Positions 8,392 to 17,290 of a DNA stretch of 31,139 bases are shown in pieces. A program made the position numbers and the translations under genes. The stretch comes from Candidatus Thorarchaeota archaeon. GTDB lineage: Archaea; Asgardarchaeota; Thorarchaeia; Thorarchaeales; Thorarchaeaceae. The notes beneath the pieces were generated by a model. That model ran no database searches. It had not been told where the DNA came from and was given only the letters and a program-made list of their open reading frames with translations. Every line of letters starts with the position of its first letter. Positions within the stretch are counted from its first letter, which is position 1. Location: NCBI GenBank assembly GCA_048884785.1, contig JBHLQM010000022.1:15664-46802 (forward strand), given 5' to 3'.

Positions 8392-11328
8392 CTATAAAGT
8401 TCGACCTTGATTGCGCAGGTGTTTCTTGTATAATTCCATGCCAATGATGGCAGGAAATGCAGCGGCTAGGCAGATGATCCAGTCAAAGAGCGTGAGAGGC
8501 AGGAAGTAGAAATCTAATCCTGCCGATGAAAGAATCTCCTGAACAATGGGAACATACATCAATAATAGATTGGCGAGATAGATTAAGCCAAGAAGCACGG
8601 CATATCGACCAATGCCCGGCTCTGAAATGCTCTTGTGTAATGGTAGATTGATTCTTCTTATTACGAGAACTATGAGACTCTCAACAAGGAGAATTATGGT
8701 GAGAAGCATTGTCGTGGCTTTGGCGATTTGAATGTTCCATCTATCATCAATGAAGACTGTGTTTTCATTGTAGTACCCGGTGAGATTCTCTGGCAATACT
8801 TCTATAATTCCACCCCAACCTGTGAAACCCAAAGCATATACAATGGATGAGCCAATAACCATCAGAATAATGCCAATAGCCATGAACTTGGCGAGCTGGC
8901 GAGTTATGATATCCTCGCTGTCTCGAGGCTTTTCCTCCATTGCGCGGGGAGATGTCTTATCGAATACCAGAGCAAGACCTGGAAATGAATGTGTTGTGGC
9001 AACCAACATCAGTGCCTGCCAATTGGTAAGCATGTTGAAACCGGGCGGGAGAAGGAACAATGCACCAAAGAAGATGATGCTTTCAAATAGATTGATTGCA
9101 ATATAGAAGTAGACCATCATGCGTATTTTGTTAAATAGACCTCTTCCTTCATGCACACCCTTGACTATAGAGGCGAAACTATCATCTGTAATGACTATGT
9201 CAGCTGCTTCTTTTGCCACGTCCGTCCCAGTAATCCCCATTGCGATGCCTGCGTCACTCATGGCAAGCGCAAGCGCATCGTTGACACCGTCACCAGTCAT
9301 CGCCACGACTTTATCCTGGTCTTGGTATCTCTCTACGATAATCTGCTTATGATCAGGATTCACGCGTGCAAAGACATTCACACGCGAAAAGTCTTCATCC
9401 GAAATAGTTTCTATCTCAGTACCTTCAATAGCAATGGAGTTTTCATGGAGAATATTGAGGTTCCCTGCAATTGTTTTTGCAGTGGCTGCTGCGTCTCCTG
9501 TAATCATTATGACGTTTATTCCGGCACTATGACAGGCATTGACGGCTTCTTTGACGCCATCGCGAGCAGGATCAACAATGCATGTGAAACCGAGATAAGT
9601 GAGGTCCTGTTCCGTCCTATCTCTTGCAGTTGGTCCCTCTGGAAGTTTTTTCAAATCCCTATATGCAAGAGATATGACCCTATACCCGCGAGATGCAAAG
9701 CCATCAGTTAGTGTCTTTATCTTTGTGCGCGTCGCATCATCAAGGCGAGAGTGAGTTCCTGAGTTAGTTAATCGATTACAGCGCGGAAGAAGAACTTCTG
9801 TCGCACCCTTTGAGAAAACACGATATGATTCACCATTGCCGAATATCTTCGACATTCTCTTGTATTCAGAATCAAACGGAAAATCCAATGCAATTTTGTA
9901 TTCAGACAGAATCTTAGATTCATCTAGCGAACTCTTTCTGAACAGGGTCAACAGAGCGGCGTCCGTCGGATCACCCATAGGAATGTAGGCTATTCCTTGA
10001 TCAGGTATCTCCTTTATCATGATCTCAGAGTCATTATTGATGCCTCCGCAAATGAGTAGTGTTTTCAATCCGTTGTAGGATTCAATACTCTCCAAGGGTA
10101 TCGCATCATTAAGTGAAAGGTTGTCAATGTCAGTGGATTCTCTTATCTTCATTATCTGTCCAGAAGGAGTATATCCTTCTCCAGTAACTGAAAACAGATT
10201 CTCGGTGTCCCATACAAACTTTACTGTCATCTCGTTTCGTGTCATGGTACCAGTCTTATCCGAGCAAATCACACTCACTCGACCAAGACTCTCAACTGCA
10301 GAGAGGTCTCGGATTATCACACCCTCTCTTGCCATAGCGAGGACTCCGGTGAGCAATACAATGGTTGTAAGCAAGGGGATGTTGATTGGCATAATGGTCA
10401 TCGCTTTGGTGATTCCAGCCGCAATTGTATCAATTATTGCATTGAATTCCTGAACAGGAGGTTCGCCTCTTAGAAAGGGGCCTAGAAATATTGCCCATGT
10501 TATTGAGAGGACCATCAAGATTACAGCGGCCATACCCAGATACTTCGCAAGCAGGTTCACTTTCTTTCTAAGAGGGATATCTCCAGTATTTAGTTCTTCA
10601 AGAGTGCCCTGTATTTTGCCGATCTCGGTGGCACTGCCTGTGCTTGTAGCTACAATCTTGGCTGTACCGGTGGCAACATATGTTCCTAGGAAGACCATGT
10701 TTCTCATATCTGTGAGGGGAGCAGATTCCTCAACGATTAGTGAGTGATCCTTCGTTACAGGAACGCTCTCCCCAGTGAGAGATGCTTCGTTTGCTGTAAG
10801 ATTCGAGCAAGTTAGAATCCTAGAATCCGCAGGAATCCGGTCACCCTGCTCAAGAATGATGATATCTCCAGGTACAATATCAGCTGGATTAACATTTTCC
10901 TCGGCTCCATCTCTCAGAATTCTTGCATCTCCTGCTGAAAGCTTCTCAAGCGCCTCGAGTTTCTTTTGTGCTCTGAACTGCTGAAAGACTGCGACGACAG
11001 CATTTACTGTCACAATTGCTAGCCAGAAGATTGCTTGACCTAATTCTGAATTCTCAGTAGGAAAGAGGACCGCTAACGCAACTAATGCAAAGGAGCTTAG
11101 AAGGTAGATGTTAATCAGCCAGTTGAGTATTGGAGCAATATAGACTTTCCAAAGAGAACCCTTTACCTTGGGTATAAGATTGGGTCCATAGGAATGTTGA
11201 CGCTTCTTTACCTCGCTGTTTGAGAGACCCTTCCCTGAATCAACTGCCAGAGTCTGAAGTACTTCGTCTGCAGACATTGCATGAAACAGTGGTTTGGCTT
11301 CAGTTGCAATAATGTCAGGTTCAGACAC
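8392..11328 (-). CDS. P-type ATPase, P2(A)-like scaffold with non-canonical transport site
   Basis: Motifs ASLTGES, CSDKTGT, GDPTDAAL, FDSEYKRMS, KGATE, MITGD, FARVNP, MTGDGVNDA, AKEAADI. Start placed at GTG 11328 (GAGGT RBS upstream) rather than TTG 11382. Confidence 0.93.
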   Translation of the reverse strand: MSEPDIIATEAKPLFHAMSADEVLQTLAVDSGKGLSNSEVKKRQHSYGPNLIPKVKGSLWKVYIAPILNWLINIYLLSSFALVALAVLFPTENSELGQAIFWLAIVTVNAVVAVFQQFRAQKKLEALEKLSAGDARILRDGAEENVNPADIVPGDIIILEQGDRIPADSRILTCSNLTANEASLTGESVPVTKDHSLIVEESAPLTDMRNMVFLGTYVATGTAKIVATSTGSATEIGKIQGTLEELNTGDIPLRKKVNLLAKYLGMAAVILMVLSITWAIFLGPFLRGEPPVQEFNAIIDTIAAGITKAMTIMPINIPLLTTIVLLTGVLAMAREGVIIRDLSAVESLGRVSVICSDKTGTMTRNEMTVKFVWDTENLFSVTGEGYTPSGQIMKIRESTDIDNLSLNDAIPLESIESYNGLKTLLICGGINNDSEIMIKEIPDQGIAYIPMGDPTDAALLTLFRKSSLDESKILSEYKIALDFPFDSEYKRMSKIFGNGESYRVFSKGATEVLLPRCNRLTNSGTHSRLDDATRTKIKTLTDGFASRGYRVISLAYRDLKKLPEGPTARDRTEQDLTYLGFTCIVDPARDGVKEAVNACHSAGINVIMITGDAAATAKTIAGNLNILHENSIAIEGTEIETISDEDFSRVNVFARVNPDHKQIIVERYQDQDKVVAMTGDGVNDALALAMSDAGIAMGITGTDVAKEAADIVITDDSFASIVKGVHEGRGLFNKIRMMVYFYIAINLFESIIFFGALFLLPPGFNMLTNWQALMLVATTHSFPGLALVFDKTSPRAMEEKPRDSEDIITRQLAKFMAIGIILMVIGSSIVYALGFTGWGGIIEVLPENLTGYYNENTVFIDDRWNIQIAKATTMLLTIILLVESLIVLVIRRINLPLHKSISEPGIGRYAVLLGLIYLANLLLMYVPIVQEILSSAGLDFYFLPLTLFDWIICLAAAFPAIIGMELYKKHLRNQGRTL

Positions 11329-11552
11329 GATTAGTACCTCATAGACTACGATGTTAGAATGGCGACGGCATTGATAAATCAACTTCGAACCTACTATATC
11401 AAACCGTTCTAGGATGATTCCTCAACAACACTTGCGCCTTTTGAAGCTTCGGCTGAGGTATTCCTCATCCTTTCGCCCCCTTCGACAAGTTCATGTGTAT
11501 TTAGTAACAGGATATTTCGCCGCATGCGGCTCTAAAATACTGGTGCTAGAAA

Positions 11553-13541
11553 ATGCGATATTACTATGAGCCCTCATACACCAAGGAATCTTCTTCATCA
11601 ACCGGAAGAAAACTGGCCGCCGTCATTATAATCTTCATGATCCTACTCACAGGTGGCGTTATTTCAATTCTACAGTTGCTTCCTAATTCTATAATACCTC
11701 CAGGAACCCAGGAAGGAGTCCGCGTTGCAGTAATTGACTCGGGCCTTGATGTGGATTTTAGTTCTGGGTCGAGAGTTGTCGCACAGCAGAGCTTTATCCT
11801 AGTTGAATATGGCTACGATGCCACGGATTTGACAACAACAGACTCCAATCCAGATGACGGCCAAGGAAATCGTGTTCGTCATGGAACCATAGTCACCCAG
11901 GTTATTCTTCAGACAAGCCAGGCAGCAGTGATTGTAAACGCAAAAGTAATCGACCAGCAAGGCTATGCGACAGGAAGCGCTCTTGTTGCAGCCATAATGT
12001 GGGCGGTCGAACAAAATTGCAGCGTAATCAACCTAAGTGTCGGTTCGAGCCCCACGTTTGGAGACCCATTAGAAGCCGCTGTTAACTACGCATTTTCAAA
12101 GGGAGTAGTGGTTGTATCAGCCGCCGGAAATGAGGGGTTCGAAGGTATCGCGGGAACTAGCATTAGTTCACCAAGTGTATATTCAAACGGCGTATCAGTC
12201 GGAGCACTTGAAGATGATGATACCCCTTCATCGTACTCAAGCTGGGGACCAGCAAGAGAGAAATATGTTAAGCCGGATATTTCCGCAGAGGGATCTGTAC
12301 AAACTAGCAATGCGATATACTTTGGTACTAGCTTCGCAGCTCCAAAAGTTGCAGGAGTTGTTGCAGATCTAATTGGATATTGCATTCAAAATGACCTGAC
12401 ATATACTGCGGGATCTATTATTGCAGCACTTCTTTCAGGTGCCGAGCCGTTGTCATATCCATCCTATGTCGTTGGAGCTGGAAAAGTGAATTTGGCGGCT
12501 TCCAAACTCCGGATAGACCAAGCACCAAAACGGGATACTCTTCCTTTGCTTACATATCTAGGACCCAAGCAGCTCCCTCTTGATTTTGAAACTCTGTTTC
12601 AGGGGGATAATTATTCCTTCAACGTGCAGATCTTCACATCAGATTTTGAAACCTTCGAAATCACGGATCAAAGTTTGGATGACCTTTTGCTACCGTATCC
12701 AACCTCAGTTGCTGTTAATCAATCAGGGCAGATTCCAATAGAAATCAATGTCCCAGATGGAATAGCAGGGAACATGGAGGGATTACTATTCTTTGATGCG
12801 GGAGAAACGTTTGTGACGTTAGCAATTGAATTCATGGTGTCAGCTCCCGTAGCAAGAATAGCTTTTGATATTACTCATACTCCTTGGAATATTGATAGTA
12901 TGTATGGGCAGTTCAAGGAGCTGTACATAGAACTCACAGAAAACGATATAGCTGTGACGGAAATTAGAGATAGGGCACTTATCACAAGTTCATACCTCTC
13001 CAACTTTGATGCTGTCTTCATTCTGGATCCGTGTTCGAGATATGAGAATGAAACCAATCCTCTCAATCCAGAGGTATTCTTCATTCCGTTCACTCAGAAT
13101 GAAACTATGGCATACCAAGACTATTTCGAGGGTGGAGGAGGATTGTTCATAGCAGCACTTGATAATAGCTCAATAGATATCGCTTCACTAAACGAGTTTC
13201 TCAATTTCACAGGAATCTCACTAAACTTTGATAGAATTCCAAATGGAAATACTCCTATTGAGATTTCTGACTTGGAGACTCATCCTATCACAACAGGTGT
13301 TTCATCCTTCAACCACCTTGGAGCAAGTCTGGATATCACAGGTTCGAATGCAACACTACTGGCGTCTTTCTTTGGGTATGCAGTTCTTGCATGCTTGGAA
13401 AACAACTCTACAGGCAGATTAATCGTAGCAGGAACTAACTTTTTCATAGATAATTGGGGAATGAGAGGACTCTATAGTTCAAACTCGAACAGAATTCTGG
13501 CTCTCAAGATCGCGCTATGGCTAACCGATCTCCTCGGATAG
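11553..13541 (+). CDS. Membrane-anchored subtilisin-family (S8) serine protease with C-terminal GATase-like (DUF4350/GIFT-like) domain; Site-1 protease-like
   Basis: Triad VAVIDSG / HGT / GTSFAAP, oxyanion AAGNEG, and KPDI. N-terminal TM. C-terminal domain RIAFDITH...FDAVFILDP...FEGGGGLFI...GRLIVAG. Confidence 0.9.
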   Translation: MRYYYEPSYTKESSSSTGRKLAAVIIIFMILLTGGVISILQLLPNSIIPPGTQEGVRVAVIDSGLDVDFSSGSRVVAQQSFILVEYGYDATDLTTTDSNPDDGQGNRVRHGTIVTQVILQTSQAAVIVNAKVIDQQGYATGSALVAAIMWAVEQNCSVINLSVGSSPTFGDPLEAAVNYAFSKGVVVVSAAGNEGFEGIAGTSISSPSVYSNGVSVGALEDDDTPSSYSSWGPAREKYVKPDISAEGSVQTSNAIYFGTSFAAPKVAGVVADLIGYCIQNDLTYTAGSIIAALLSGAEPLSYPSYVVGAGKVNLAASKLRIDQAPKRDTLPLLTYLGPKQLPLDFETLFQGDNYSFNVQIFTSDFETFEITDQSLDDLLLPYPTSVAVNQSGQIPIEINVPDGIAGNMEGLLFFDAGETFVTLAIEFMVSAPVARIAFDITHTPWNIDSMYGQFKELYIELTENDIAVTEIRDRALITSSYLSNFDAVFILDPCSRYENETNPLNPEVFFIPFTQNETMAYQDYFEGGGGLFIAALDNSSIDIASLNEFLNFTGISLNFDRIPNGNTPIEISDLETHPITTGVSSFNHLGASLDITGSNATLLASFFGYAVLACLENNSTGRLIVAGTNFFIDNWGMRGLYSSNSNRILALKIALWLTDLLG

Positions 13542-13611
13542 AATTGTTGTGCTTCCGTCCACACTTAGATTGCCTAGTCTCTGACCTTTAAAAGGGAATG
13601 CAACATCCTAA

Positions 13612-13694
13612 GTAACACACAAAATAACCGAGTCGAAGTCGGATGGGCTGATGGAAGGACCAAATCCAACCGTCAGCTTTCCGCATTTTTTTTT
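13612..13694 (+). ncRNA. Candidate small structured RNA or attenuator (long hairpin plus T9)
   Basis: TATA-like TTTAAAAG at 13587-13594. Hairpin CGGA-U-GG-GCUGAUGG-AA-GGA-CCAAA-UCC-AA-CCGUCAGC-UU-UCCG at 13640-13683, then T9. It may be only a terminator. Confidence 0.35.
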
Positions 13695-13788
13695 CTTATT
13701 GTTAATTCAAAGCACGACTAGCTCCTAGCAGCATATTTACATAGCAGTCCGCTCGGCCAAATCAGAACCAAAAGGAGACTTAGATTAC

Positions 13789-15012
13789 TTGGCAAGAGTG
13801 ACTACGGCGTCCTATGCAGTCCTAGCCGCATGTAGTATAGCGCATTTTATGAACCACATCTATTCTGGCGCACTATCACCGTTTCTTCCCTTGATTCGGG
13901 ATGAACTCTCACTCACGCTCACAGAAGCTGGAATTCTAACCAGTGCCGTCATAGTGACAATGACTTCTGCCCATCTTGTTGTGGGATACCTAGGAGACAA
14001 AGGCTGGCGTGATAGATTCATCTCAATTAGTGTTCTTTTGGCTGGCATAGTAATGCTTTTCGAGAGTTTTGCCACAAGTTTTCTGTTTCTTGCTGGAACG
14101 CAGATCGCGCTGGGCCTTGCAGTATCAGGCTATCACCCATCCGCATTTCCTGCCATCTCAGCCAGATTTCCCAAACGGGAGAGAGCAAAAGCTGTTGGAT
14201 TGAATGCTGCAGGAGGACTGATTGGCATGGCATTAATCCCATTCTTGGGAGTTGCATTTCTTGTTCTCTTTGGAGGGTGGCGAGAATCGCTCCTCATTCT
14301 AGGCATAATGGGGATTGCACTCTTTATCCCTACGATCATAATGATGAGGTATTCAAATCAACAAGATATAATTGAGAAACGAAAGGGCAACAACAACGAT
14401 ATCATTGAAGATGAGGTTGGATGGACCCGCAACTACTTCCTGGTCATCATCCTGATAGGTCTGCGAGGAATTCCATTCAGATGTACAACACTCATGATGC
14501 CCATCTATTTAGTGGATAGTTATGGGTATGAACCAGTTTGGGCGGGGTCACTTACAACAATAATGCTAGTCGCAGGGCTATTTGGAGAGCTTGTATCAGC
14601 GCCCATTTCGGACAGGTCGGGACGTCGTGTTCCATTCATGATTATCTCAGTCGCGTTCATGGCTCCAGCACTATTATTGCTGAATTACTCATTGGATTCG
14701 ATCACACTCATTCTAGTTCTGATTGCTATAGGATTCGTTTATTTCTTCGGAGTGCCTCCCGGACAGGCATTTGAAACAGAAGTCACCCCAACCAAATCTC
14801 AGGGACTGGCTTTTGGGCTACTGTTCTCCGTTGGTGCAATTCCTGGTGCGTTGTCACCAATCATATTTGGATGGATTGGCGATGTTTATGGACTTGAATC
14901 ATCAATACTCTTTCTCGTCGTTGTCACTGCTCTAGCAGCCATAGTAGGGCTTTTTCTGAAAGATTTGCCAAAAGAAGGAACACAAAAAACGATGAGTGCA
15001 CTTCAGGAATAG
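13789..15012 (+). CDS. MFS transporter (Fsr-like)
   Basis: About 12 hydrophobic segments. Motif A variants GYLGDKG and ISDRSGRR. Also HFMNHIY and GYHP, typical of Fsr-like MFS. Confidence 0.92.
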   Translation: MARVTTASYAVLAACSIAHFMNHIYSGALSPFLPLIRDELSLTLTEAGILTSAVIVTMTSAHLVVGYLGDKGWRDRFISISVLLAGIVMLFESFATSFLFLAGTQIALGLAVSGYHPSAFPAISARFPKRERAKAVGLNAAGGLIGMALIPFLGVAFLVLFGGWRESLLILGIMGIALFIPTIIMMRYSNQQDIIEKRKGNNNDIIEDEVGWTRNYFLVIILIGLRGIPFRCTTLMMPIYLVDSYGYEPVWAGSLTTIMLVAGLFGELVSAPISDRSGRRVPFMIISVAFMAPALLLLNYSLDSITLILVLIAIGFVYFFGVPPGQAFETEVTPTKSQGLAFGLLFSVGAIPGALSPIIFGWIGDVYGLESSILFLVVVTALAAIVGLFLKDLPKEGTQKTMSALQE

Positions 15013-15064
15013 TACATAAATCACAAAACTTAGAATAATATGGAAAAATAGACATTTTTGAACA

Positions 15065-15901
15065 ATGATTGACTATCACATCCACCCCAATTACTCACTT
15101 GATGCAGAGGGTAGCATCGAGGATTTTTGCCAAGCCGCAATCTCAAAAGGAGTTACAGAGATTGCATTCACAACTCATCTAGATACAGATCCCTTCACTG
15201 AAGATTGCATTGTGAATCTAGGAGGCAAAACAATTGATGTTCATTCAAATCTATGGTTTGAAGATTATGAACAGAACATAAGGACGATGGGAGATAAATA
15301 CATAGAAAGAGGACTCAAAGTTCTTCTCGGAGCAGAACTGGACATCTATCCTAGTGTCCTAGAAAACCTACCAGAGAGTTTTCATGAAACCGAGTGGGAT
15401 ATTGTCATTGGGTCTGTTCATCTCATAGATCATCTTGCTCTATCAAAGAAAGAAGATGCCAATATTATCTACTCCAAATACGAAATGAATCAGCTTGGGG
15501 AGAAGTACTTCTCGATACTAATGGAGACCATAGAATCTTCGACTATAGATGTTCTCGGGCATTTGGACCTATATCGAAGGTATGGAGAGGAATACTATGG
15601 AAATGAGATTCACAACATTTGGCGGCCATATATTGACGACCTGTCAGCATTGATGAAAAAACACACTACAGGGTTTGAAATCAATACTTCATCTTGGCGC
15701 AGAGGTCTGTCTGAACCTATGCCATCTACGCCTTTTGTGAAGGCGCTTATTGATAGAGGGGTGACCCTGGTCACTGTTGGCTCTGACGCACATTCACCAA
15801 GCGATGTTGGAAGTGGAATTGAAATGGCAATCCAGCTCTTGAGAGATTGCAGTGAAACCGAACCTTCTAGATTTCGAAAAAGGATTCCTTTTCAAGTGTA
15901 G
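15065..15901 (+). CDS. PHP-family phosphatase, histidinol-phosphatase HisK/HisJ-like
   Basis: Motifs DYHIH, FTTH, GAELD, IGSVH, GHLDL, EINTS, GSDAH. Confidence 0.88.
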   Translation: MIDYHIHPNYSLDAEGSIEDFCQAAISKGVTEIAFTTHLDTDPFTEDCIVNLGGKTIDVHSNLWFEDYEQNIRTMGDKYIERGLKVLLGAELDIYPSVLENLPESFHETEWDIVIGSVHLIDHLALSKKEDANIIYSKYEMNQLGEKYFSILMETIESSTIDVLGHLDLYRRYGEEYYGNEIHNIWRPYIDDLSALMKKHTTGFEINTSSWRRGLSEPMPSTPFVKALIDRGVTLVTVGSDAHSPSDVGSGIEMAIQLLRDCSETEPSRFRKRIPFQV

Positions 15902-15971
15902 TCAACTAATATAGAGGCAGAATATCTACCACTAGCAAAAACTTATCGCTCTTGAAGGAAGAACATTCCCG

Positions 15972-16607
15972 ATGACAGACCTATTCAATGAAGCATTCGA
16001 CCTTATTGACAAAGGGAATTACAAAAAGGCTGTAGAGGTTCTCAAGAGATACGTTGACGAAAATCCAGATTCTCTGGAGGGATGGTATAATCTAGGCTAT
16101 ATCCTAATGGAGTTGAATAGGGATGAAGAGGCAATTGCAGCGTACGATGAGGCCTTGGCTATAGATAACCAGATCTTCGAGATCTGGTATAACAAAGCAA
16201 ACGCACTCTACAATATTGCGGATTTCAAGAAGGCAAGACTATGTTATGAAAGAGCTGTAGATATCAATCCAAACGACGCAGAAGCGTGGAATAACTTGGG
16301 AAACTGCTACTCTCGTTTGGCTGAAGGAAAGCTTGCAATTAATGCCTACACCAGAGCTGTTGTCATAAAACCAGATTATGCGGAGGCATTCTATAATAAA
16401 GCAAATGCACACTTTATAGAAGAAGAAGATGAGCACGCCATCGCATATGCAGAACTCGCGATTGAACTTAAACCTCAATTAGAAACCAGAGTGGCCCAGT
16501 GGATAGGTGTTGCCAGGGACAGGATGGAAGCAAGGAAAGCAGAGCAAAAACATCGCGAACGACTGAAGAATCTTAGTAAAACAGTGGATGAAGAGCAATC
16601 GAAATAG
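15972..16607 (+). CDS. Tetratricopeptide repeat protein
   Basis: About 4-5 repeats of 34 aa: WYNLG...A..AYDEAL, WYNKANAL...YERAVDINP, AWNNLGNCY, AFYNKA. Confidence 0.93.
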   Translation: MTDLFNEAFDLIDKGNYKKAVEVLKRYVDENPDSLEGWYNLGYILMELNRDEEAIAAYDEALAIDNQIFEIWYNKANALYNIADFKKARLCYERAVDINPNDAEAWNNLGNCYSRLAEGKLAINAYTRAVVIKPDYAEAFYNKANAHFIEEEDEHAIAYAELAIELKPQLETRVAQWIGVARDRMEARKAEQKHRERLKNLSKTVDEEQSK

Positions 16608-16649
16608 GAAAGGAAATTGATTGATTCATTACACCTAAAAAGGGGAGAG

Positions 16650-17216
16650 ATGGTACTATTAGAAGATGTGATGATAATGGAAACCATTGAGCCTCCATCT
16701 AAAGGTATAAGCCGAGTGAAAATCTCAGCACTATTAGGTACGATATTGATTGTAAGCGGGATAGTATTGGAGTGGCTTTCTGGATGGGGATATTTTGGCG
16801 AGGGCTTTCCAACTGGAGTTTTTCTTGGAATTGGAATTTTGAGTGGTTCGGTATTGCTTTGTTGTATGGCGTCTCTGATGACTGGAACATATGCCGCCAA
16901 AATTCCAGAATATGGTGAAATGGAGATCCGTTTTGAAGAAGCGAAGGAGTTCTATGATAATGGAGATTGGAAAGAAGCTCTGGATCTCTTTAGAGAGCTC
17001 ATGGGACCTCAGATGAATCACAAGCGTGCTCTATATTATGCAGCAAAATGCGCTGAGAAACTTGACTCATATGAAGCAGTCAAGACCTTCTGCCATTACT
17101 ATCTAAAGATGCAGCCAAAAGACAAGGAAGCCTGGGAGATGCTGGCAAATGCCCACAAGAAGCTCTTTGAGTATGAAGAAGCTGAGGATGCTCTATTGAG
17201 AGCAGAAAGGTTATAG
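16650..17216 (+). CDS. Two-TM membrane protein with C-terminal TPRs
   Basis: Two hydrophobic helices followed by TPR-like ALYYAAKC...YLKMQPKDKEAWEMLANAH...EAEDAL. ATG 16650 follows GGGGAG; the start is uncertain. Confidence 0.8.
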   Translation: MVLLEDVMIMETIEPPSKGISRVKISALLGTILIVSGIVLEWLSGWGYFGEGFPTGVFLGIGILSGSVLLCCMASLMTGTYAAKIPEYGEMEIRFEEAKEFYDNGDWKEALDLFRELMGPQMNHKRALYYAAKCAEKLDSYEAVKTFCHYYLKMQPKDKEAWEMLANAHKKLFEYEEAEDALLRAERL

Positions 17217-17290
17217 AAACAAAGAATTCGCTCGCAGGTAAAGCATAAGAGGACCACAGTATGCCATCCCTGCAATGGAGGCACTCTTGA

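Noticed and set aside
11383-11552. Short CTTCG/TTTCG repeats and small hairpins (TGAGG-tatt-CCTCA) in the ATPase/protease divergent region as an RNA gene or CRISPR remnant
   Set aside because: The repeats are 5 nt or shorter and irregularly spaced, with no tRNA cloverleaf or repeat-spacer periodicity.
13647-13677. Hairpin with GAA/A internal loop as an archaeal SECIS element
   Set aside because: The flanking genes have no in-frame TGA, and the apical stem (GGA/UCC) is not the usual all-GC stem. Kept only as a generic RNA candidate.
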